Shown piece after piece: positions 58,169-64,000 of a stretch of 64,000 nucleotides of DNA (the first letter of the stretch is position 1; every line of letters begins with the position of its first letter). A model generated the notes under the pieces. It worked only from the letters and a program-made list of their open reading frames with translations. It searched no databases and was not told the DNA's origin. The DNA comes from Candidatus Fermentibacterota bacterium. GTDB taxonomy: Bacteria > Fermentibacterota > Fermentibacteria > Fermentibacterales > JCC-6. Both the position numbers and the translations under genes were made by a program. The DNA lies in the NCBI GenBank assembly GCA_963845085.1, contig CAWJQI010000004.1, positions 544,001 to 608,000 of the forward strand, given 5' to 3'.

Positions 58169-58548
58169 GCGTCGGGTAAACCACTCTTCAATCCAAATCG
58201 GCTTGAACCCCTTCCAAGACAATAACGAAACAACACGAGCGCGGTCAACAGCCCTGCAGCGTCCGCCGCGAGGTCTGCAATGTCGCAGTACCTGCCGGGC
58301 ACGAACCGCTGGTGCAGCTCGTCAAGGAATGCCCAGGCGAATCCCGTTGCGAATGATGACAACAGGACCCTTCTACGCCAGATGTCCCTGTTCAGGTGAA
58401 TGGCGAATCCGAGAGAGGCGAACTCCATGAAATGGAAGACCTTGTCCTGGTGCGGAAACAGCTGGAACGGCGGCCTGAGGGAGGGCTGGTGGCTCATCCA
58501 GGCTATTGCTGCGGCCACTGCCAGAAGAAGGAGGCGTCGTGCGATCAA
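58165..58548 (-). CDS. VanZ family membrane protein
   Basis: DKVFHFMEF, DELHQRFVPGR..DIADLAAD; TTG at 58548 overlaps the upstream stop. Confidence 0.9.
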   Translation of the reverse strand: MIARRLLLLAVAAAIAWMSHQPSLRPPFQLFPHQDKVFHFMEFASLGFAIHLNRDIWRRRVLLSSFATGFAWAFLDELHQRFVPGRYCDIADLAADAAGLLTALVLFRYCLGRGSSRFGLKSGLPDA

Positions 58549-60491
58549 CACTGGGTTTTCCCGAACTGGTCCACTGAAAGCACCACGGGACCGGCCCCCT
58601 TGTTCAGAACAGCCTTGAGGGCGTCCTCGGCGAAAGACGGCAGCCTGGGTATCATCCTGTCCACTCTTGATGCGGCTCCCCCGACCGCCACAGAGACAGC
58701 GATCTCCCTCTCGCCCGAAATGAAGGGTCTTGCGCTGAAAGCCTCCATTATCCGAACGGCGTACGATTGAGCCGCAGCCCTGTCTGCACCCGGTATCGAG
58801 ACGAGGAACCTGCCGGGGGCGAAACGGGTTATCATGAAAGATCCGCCCAGTGCGTTCGCCATCCTCTCCGCGGATTCCCCGAGCACCTCGTCGCAAGCCC
58901 TCACACCGAACTCGCGGTTGAGCCCTCCGAACCCGGAGATGTCGACGGCGAGAACAGCTGCCGACATTCCCTTCCTTACCTCGGCCACGAGCCCGTGCAG
59001 TTCATCGTGGAAGGCGGCGTACCGGGGCAGCCCGGTGAGCCTGTCCAGCTCGGAGAGGGAATCGAGCCTCTCCAGTGCGACCATTCGGGCGGAGAATACC
59101 CCGAACACCGCCCCTACTGCCTCGAGCTGCTTCGAATGCTCGGGGGTCAGCTCCGTCTCGCTTGCACTTTCGACAAGAAGAACCCCGAATACGGACCTGT
59201 CCGAAAACAGCGGTACGGCGCAGCAGGAGCCCACCTGCCTCTGCGGGTCTTCTTCGGTGGCGAAGGATCGGATGCTCGAATCCCCCCGCCCCATGCCTTT
59301 GCGGAGAACGACTCTCCGGTTCGAGACAGCCCACCCCGCAACACCCTTGTCAGCCGGAAAGAGCCTGCCCCTTCTTCCGGAGCTCAGTGCGCCAAGCGTT
59401 TCATAGACCTGAAGCCCCCTTCCGTCCTCGGTCAGGACTGCGACGGTCACGGTGGCCCTGTGAATGTGTCTGGCCAGATTCACGACCATGGCATGGACTG
59501 CGGCCTTGAGGTCGACCGCCGAACCCAGTTCAAGACACATCTCGGCAAGCATGCCTGCAGCCGGTCCGGAGTTGTCCTCCCAGGCCGCCGACAACACGCC
59601 GGCAGCGTCAAGAAGCATCTCTCCGGCCTCGACCGGCGCAGGCCTGCTGAAGAAATCACAGAGGTAGAAGCCTCCGGTCACGCCGCCCCTGTTCAGCGGC
59701 ACCATCACCGTGCTTGCCGTACCGGGATCTTCGGTGTACCAGGGCAGCCTTCTTTCCGCAGTTATGTCGACAGAGACTATGCCCCCGGCAGAAAGTGCAG
59801 CTGCTGAGAAGGGGTCGGCAGTGCCCGGGCGGAACGATGTGGCGACCGTCCCGGAGGAGGCAAGGTAATCGGAGATCCTCAGCCCTTCCTCCCCATCCCG
59901 GACAACGAGGAAGACGCCGTTTGCACCTGTCGCCCGGTGAAGGAGCGGCAGCATGCTTCTCGCCACATCCTCGGGAAACACCTCGGGCCGGGCGAAACGG
60001 GAGGGACCCGCGGACTGTGCTCCGGGACGGGTGCGGCGCTCAAGTAGAAGGTCGGCGAACAGCATGCTGAAAAACGGCGCCGCAAAGGCTGCAAGCCCTC
60101 CCGGCAGAAGGTTGAGAAGGACCACCGCGCTTCCCCAGCCGGGGGAGAGATAACCGAGCAGCTCGGTGACTGAGACCGCAATTCCGGCGTGGTAAAGCGG
60201 GCCGGCTATCGTTGGCATGCGCATCCATGCGAAAAGCATCGGAAATGCCACCACTGCCGGTGTGAACGGACCGCCCAGAAGCCTGACGGCAAGCGTCACG
60301 GCGGCTGAAACGGACAGGACGACCCCCGGTTTCGGAGTGCTGTCCTTCATGTAGAGGTGCCCTGCATAGAAAACAGCTGCTCCCAGAATGACTGCACCTG
60401 CCGCGTATCCGGCAATCGTGCCCGGCCTGGGGCAGCCGAGTGCCAGAACGGCGAAGCTCAAATAGGATATGATGTAGAGCAGATTCTCCAT
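58545..60491 (-). CDS. Membrane protein with GAF domains and a degenerate GGDEF domain
   Basis: TM N-terminus, GVAGW/CAVPL GAF motifs, DRLTGL...VDI..F..LN..FG; active-site motif replaced by APGRF. Confidence 0.82.
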   Translation of the reverse strand: MENLLYIISYLSFAVLALGCPRPGTIAGYAAGAVILGAAVFYAGHLYMKDSTPKPGVVLSVSAAVTLAVRLLGGPFTPAVVAFPMLFAWMRMPTIAGPLYHAGIAVSVTELLGYLSPGWGSAVVLLNLLPGGLAAFAAPFFSMLFADLLLERRTRPGAQSAGPSRFARPEVFPEDVARSMLPLLHRATGANGVFLVVRDGEEGLRISDYLASSGTVATSFRPGTADPFSAAALSAGGIVSVDITAERRLPWYTEDPGTASTVMVPLNRGGVTGGFYLCDFFSRPAPVEAGEMLLDAAGVLSAAWEDNSGPAAGMLAEMCLELGSAVDLKAAVHAMVVNLARHIHRATVTVAVLTEDGRGLQVYETLGALSSGRRGRLFPADKGVAGWAVSNRRVVLRKGMGRGDSSIRSFATEEDPQRQVGSCCAVPLFSDRSVFGVLLVESASETELTPEHSKQLEAVGAVFGVFSARMVALERLDSLSELDRLTGLPRYAAFHDELHGLVAEVRKGMSAAVLAVDISGFGGLNREFGVRACDEVLGESAERMANALGGSFMITRFAPGRFLVSIPGADRAAAQSYAVRIMEAFSARPFISGEREIAVSVAVGGAASRVDRMIPRLPSFAEDALKAVLNKGAGPVVLSVDQFGKTQC

Positions 60492-60672
60492 GAAGCGAAT
60501 GTAACGAAAACCCGGGTGAAGATGGAGGGGTTGACTTGGCTCTGCGCAGCTGAGATTATTACGTTGTCAGTTTGGCGCAGGCCAGTTCCAGGAACAATCC
60601 ATTCAAGCCTTCAGCCTCAACCTTGTTGGCCAACCTGTTTTCCGCCTGAGTCGCGGTAGAATCTCATGAGAA

Positions 60673-62055
60673 TTGTATAGAAACACCCGACAGCAGAAGA
60701 AGAAGGATCCCGCCCTTCCCCGGGAACCCCGGGAATACAGGGAACCTGAAGCTCCGCAAGCACAGTCCAGATCAAGGGGCGCTCATCCAGCCTTCACCGG
60801 ACCCACTTCCAGCGAATTCGAAAGCAAGACCATGGCAGAACTCCAGACCCTCGCCCGCGAAAGCGGCATCAAGAGGGTTTCGGGCGTGCGAAAAAGCGAG
60901 CTCATTCAAAGCCTCCTCGAGGCCTCCGCGGAAAAGAACGGGTTCGACTACGCCAGGGGAGTTCTCGAGGTTCTCGGCGAAGGTTACGGCTTTCTAAGGT
61001 CACCGGAGTGCAACTATCTTCCGGGAGTCGAGGATGTGTACGTCTCCCCGTCGCAGATAAAGAAGTTCTCACTTCTCACGGGCGACACCATTACCGGCCA
61101 GGCCAGGCGTCCAAGGGAGGGCGAGAAGTACTTCGCCCTTGTCAGGGTCGAAAACATCAACGGGCTCAACCCCGAAGCCAGCAGAAGCCGCAGGAAGTTC
61201 GACGACCTTACACCCTTCTACCCTGAAGAGAAGTTCTCCCTCGAAACATCTCCCGATGAATACTGCGGCCGCATAATGGATCTCCTCGCCCCCATCGGAA
61301 AAGGTCAGAGAGCCCTGATCGTCTCACCCCCGAGGGCCGGAAAGACCATTCTGCTGCAGCACATTGCCAATGCGATCACCGCCACCAGCCCCGAGTCTCA
61401 CCTGATCATCCTCCTTATTGATGAACGACCCGAGGAAGTGACGGACATGAAGAGAAACGTCAAGGGCGAGGTGATCAGCTCCACCTTCGACGAGGCCCCG
61501 AAACGCCATGTCCACATTGCCGACCTGGTCCTCGAAAAGGCGAAGCGGATGGTCGAATGCGGAAGGGACGTTGTCATTCTGCTTGACAGCATCACACGTC
61601 TCGCAAGGGCAAACAACCAGGTCGTCCCCCACTCGGGCAAGATTCTGTCCGGCGGTGTTGACTCGAACGCCCTTCAGCGCCCGAAACGGTTTTTCGGAGC
61701 CGCACGGAACATCGTTGAGGGAGGCAGCCTGACGATCGTGGGCACCGCGCTCGTCGATACCGGCAGCCGGATGGATGAAGTGATATTCGAGGAATTCAAG
61801 GGCACGGGCAACTGCGAGATAGTGCTGGACAGACGGCTGGCCGACCGCAGAATATTCCCCGCCATTGACATAACCCGATCCGGAACCCGCAGGGAGGATC
61901 TGCTCTTCTCCGAAGACACCCTCAGCCGGGTCTGGGTCATTCGCAAGATTCTTGTCGAGATGAACCCGGTGGAAGCCATGGAAACCCTGAAGAAGCAGCT
62001 TTCCAAACACAGTTCCAACAAGCGCTTCCTTGACAACCTGGTCACATCGGAATAG
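60673..62055 (+). CDS. rho: Transcription termination factor Rho
   Basis: [51 protein letters not shown]. Confidence 0.98.
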   Translation: MYRNTRQQKKKDPALPREPREYREPEAPQAQSRSRGAHPAFTGPTSSEFESKTMAELQTLARESGIKRVSGVRKSELIQSLLEASAEKNGFDYARGVLEVLGEGYGFLRSPECNYLPGVEDVYVSPSQIKKFSLLTGDTITGQARRPREGEKYFALVRVENINGLNPEASRSRRKFDDLTPFYPEEKFSLETSPDEYCGRIMDLLAPIGKGQRALIVSPPRAGKTILLQHIANAITATSPESHLIILLIDERPEEVTDMKRNVKGEVISSTFDEAPKRHVHIADLVLEKAKRMVECGRDVVILLDSITRLARANNQVVPHSGKILSGGVDSNALQRPKRFFGAARNIVEGGSLTIVGTALVDTGSRMDEVIFEEFKGTGNCEIVLDRRLADRRIFPAIDITRSGTRREDLLFSEDTLSRVWVIRKILVEMNPVEAMETLKKQLSKHSSNKRFLDNLVTSE

Positions 62056-62087
62056 ATTCTGGCGGTTTTTTCCATGGAGGATTTGAA

Positions 62088-62312
62088 GTGAAAAAGGGCA
62101 TTCATCCCAATTACAAACCGGCCGTGTTTTCCTGCGCGTGCGGCAACACGGTGCACACCCATTCCACAGTGGGTGACGTGAAGTATGACATCTGCTCGGC
62201 CTGCCATCCCTTCTATACCGGCAAGCAGAAGCTGATCGATTCCGCCGGCCGTGTGGACAAGTACATGCGCAAATACGGCTTGAACAAGGAAGACAAAACC
62301 GGCGGGAACTAA
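62088..62312 (+). CDS. rpmE: 50S ribosomal protein L31 (Zn-binding type)
   Basis: [25 protein letters not shown]. Confidence 0.97.
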   Translation: MKKGIHPNYKPAVFSCACGNTVHTHSTVGDVKYDICSACHPFYTGKQKLIDSAGRVDKYMRKYGLNKEDKTGGN

Positions 62313-62332
62313 CCCTGCACGGAAGAGTTGTG

Positions 62333-62360
62333 GCGGGGGGCGTGCGCGCCCCCCGCTTTC
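62333..62360 (+). terminator. Intrinsic terminator-like hairpin after rpmE
   Basis: gcggggggcg-tgcg-cgccccccgc perfect 10-bp stem followed by tttc. Confidence 0.6.
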
Positions 62361-62381
62361 GCTCATGGACGGGAGGCCCAG

Positions 62382-63311
62382 TTGCCTGCTTCGAGTTCCC
62401 TTGGCGGACAAGCCCTGGTCGAGGGGGTTTTCATGCGTTCCCCCGCGGGCTCCGCAGCGGCGGTGAGAATGGCGGACGGCAGGATCCTGGCAAGGCGTTT
62501 CAGCATCCCTCTCCTCTCGGCAAAAGGTGCGATATGGAAGAAGCCGGTATTCCGTGGAGCCGCCTCCCTGATCGATTCGATGAGGCTGGGATTCACCGCC
62601 CTGAACTGGTCGGCCGAAGCCGCTGAAGGCAGGCAGGGCAAGGGTGGAAGCAGCTGGCTGACAACCGCAGTTGCTGTTGTTTTCGCTGTCGCGCTCTTTT
62701 CATGGCTTCCCCTCAGGCTCTCCCAGTGGGTTGTCCCCGGCGCCGGATCCGGCGGTCAGTTCGCTGTTCATCTGATCGCGGGCTTTCTGAGGATGCTTTT
62801 CTTTCTCCTCTACATCATCGGGATATCCCTGATGCCCGATGTGAAACGCCTTTTCGCGTACCACGGCGCCGAGCACCAGGTGATCCACGCCTGGGAGGAC
62901 GGCGAGGAGGACCTTGCGACAGCGGCTGACGGCAGGAACCCCGTTCACCCCCGATGCGGAACCAGTTTCCTTCTCTACGCAATGATCATCACGATCCTGT
63001 TCTACACGGTCGTGGACTCCGCAGTGGTGGCCTTTCTGAAGGTATCCCCCGGACCGCTGATCCGGGTTCTCTACCATCTTCCGCTCATCCCCCTGGTCAT
63101 GGGGCTTTCATACGAGGTGCTCAAAGTGGCTGACCGCAACATCGAAACGTCGGCTGTTGCCAGAGCGTTCGCAGCACCGGGGCTTCTTATGCAGAGGCTC
63201 ACAACGAGAAAGGCCGACCCGAAAATGCTCGAGGTCGCCGCAGTTGCTGCAGCGCTCGCCCTCGGGCGGACCCTCGGGGAAAACCCGATCGTGGAGATGG
63301 CGGAGTGCTGA
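62382..63311 (+). CDS. DUF1385 domain membrane protein
   Basis: [33 protein letters not shown] after GGGAGG; usual rpmE-DUF1385-prfA context. Confidence 0.92.
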   Translation: MPASSSLGGQALVEGVFMRSPAGSAAAVRMADGRILARRFSIPLLSAKGAIWKKPVFRGAASLIDSMRLGFTALNWSAEAAEGRQGKGGSSWLTTAVAVVFAVALFSWLPLRLSQWVVPGAGSGGQFAVHLIAGFLRMLFFLLYIIGISLMPDVKRLFAYHGAEHQVIHAWEDGEEDLATAADGRNPVHPRCGTSFLLYAMIITILFYTVVDSAVVAFLKVSPGPLIRVLYHLPLIPLVMGLSYEVLKVADRNIETSAVARAFAAPGLLMQRLTTRKADPKMLEVAAVAAALALGRTLGENPIVEMAEC

Positions 63312-64000
63312 ACAACGTAAGGATCGATGCCATCCGCGAGCGGATCTCCCAGATTGACGACAAACTCTGCGAATCCGACACTCAAAGGAATCCAAGGCTT
63401 CTCAGGGAGCTGAACACCGAACGCACCTCCCTTGCCCGGATCCTTGAAGCTCTGGTCGCGATCCAGGATTCACGCAACCTGATGGAGGAGATGCGTGAAG
63501 CAGCGAGCGGCGATGACGAGGAACTCAGGGAGCTCGCGAGGGAGGAGATCCCCCAGATCGAGGAAAGGCTCAGGACGCTTGAGTCGCGCCTGAGAATTCT
63601 TCTCATTCCACCCGATCCCAACGATGCCCGCAACGTTGTGATGGAGATCCGTGCCGGAACCGGCGGCGAAGAGGCAGCCCTGTTCGCCGGCAGCATCTAC
63701 GGGATGTACATGGCATACGCCCTGGGAAAGGGCTGGAGGATCGAAACTCTCAGCTCAAGGGAGAGCGAGAAGGGCGGCTTCAGGGAAATCGTGTTCGGCC
63801 TTGCAGGCGAATGCGCATACAGCCGGATGAAGTACGAGGCTGGGGTCCACAGGGTGCAGAGAGTACCCGAAACTGAGAGCTCGGGCAGGATCCACACATC
63901 CGCATGCACTGTTGCCGTTCTTCCTGAGGCTGAGGATGTAGAAGTCGAGATAGATCAGGAAGACCTCAGGATAGACGTTTTCCGCTCTTCCGGCCCGGGG
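63305..64000 (+). CDS. prfA: Peptide chain release factor 1 (runs off window)
   Basis: Not in ORF track. From GTG 63305: [15 protein letters not shown]...[20 protein letters not shown]...FRSSGPG; PET matches the RF1 PxT motif. Confidence 0.95.
   Translation, partial: MLNNVRIDAIRERISQIDDKLCESDTQRNPRLLRELNTERTSLARILEALVAIQDSRNLMEEMREAASGDDEELRELAREEIPQIEERLRTLESRLRILLIPPDPNDARNVVMEIRAGTGGEEAALFAGSIYGMYMAYALGKGWRIETLSSRESEKGGFREIVFGLAGECAYSRMKYEAGVHRVQRVPETESSGRIHTSACTVAVLPEAEDVEVEIDQEDLRIDVFRSSGPG

Noticed and set aside
52550..59807. Long opposite-strand ORFs (e.g. 52550..53629, 57061..58179, 58767..59807; likewise 17425..18501 elsewhere)
   Set aside because: Antisense shadows of well-supported genes in GC-rich DNA; no motifs.
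1..64000. tRNA, rRNA, CRISPR arrays, prophage or IS genes, selenocysteine read-through
   Set aside because: None recognised; intergenic gaps are short, and no in-frame TGA splits a conserved domain.

Overview
GC-rich bacterial chromosomal window from a diderm organism. Gene content (OM beta-barrels, lipoproteins, a C-terminal SWAFIKAF motif, alpha2-type GlyRS, archaeal-type ValRS) suggests an FCB-related candidate phylum such as Fermentibacteria; this is inference only. 1-21.1 kb: surface-polysaccharide locus (CapD-like and RmlD-like enzymes, five GT4-like glycosyltransferases, Wzx, two DUF362 proteins, ATP-grasp ligase, CapK-like ligase, DUF354, bi-domain oxidoreductase, MBOAT plus SGNH-like pair) that switches strand five times. 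21-35 kb: mixed metabolic and signalling genes (nucleotidyltransferase, nitroreductase, flavodoxin, radical SAM pair, FmdE, SLBB protein, SpoIIE-like phosphatase, frameshifted SLC13 permease, malQ). 35-45 kb: cluster of envelope and nucleic-acid-handling genes (lamin-tail protein, dCMP deaminase, barrel fused to a ComEA-type HhH, RecJ-like DHH, OB-fold lipoprotein). 46.5-47.9 kb: AT-rich two-gene islet (DUF488 plus an uncharacterised protein with a QLDLF clamp-binding-like motif), the best candidate for an undescribed system. 47.9-64 kb: housekeeping run (valS, glyQS, recO, CBS/CorC, frameshifted ybeY, 7TM-HD, phoH, LysM plus Lpp-like lipoprotein, VanZ, degenerate GGDEF, rho, rpmE, DUF1385, partial prfA). 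I recognised no rRNA, tRNA, CRISPR array, integrase or transposase. All family calls are from motif recognition, not database searches; many starts were adjusted from the ORF track using RBS and overlap logic.
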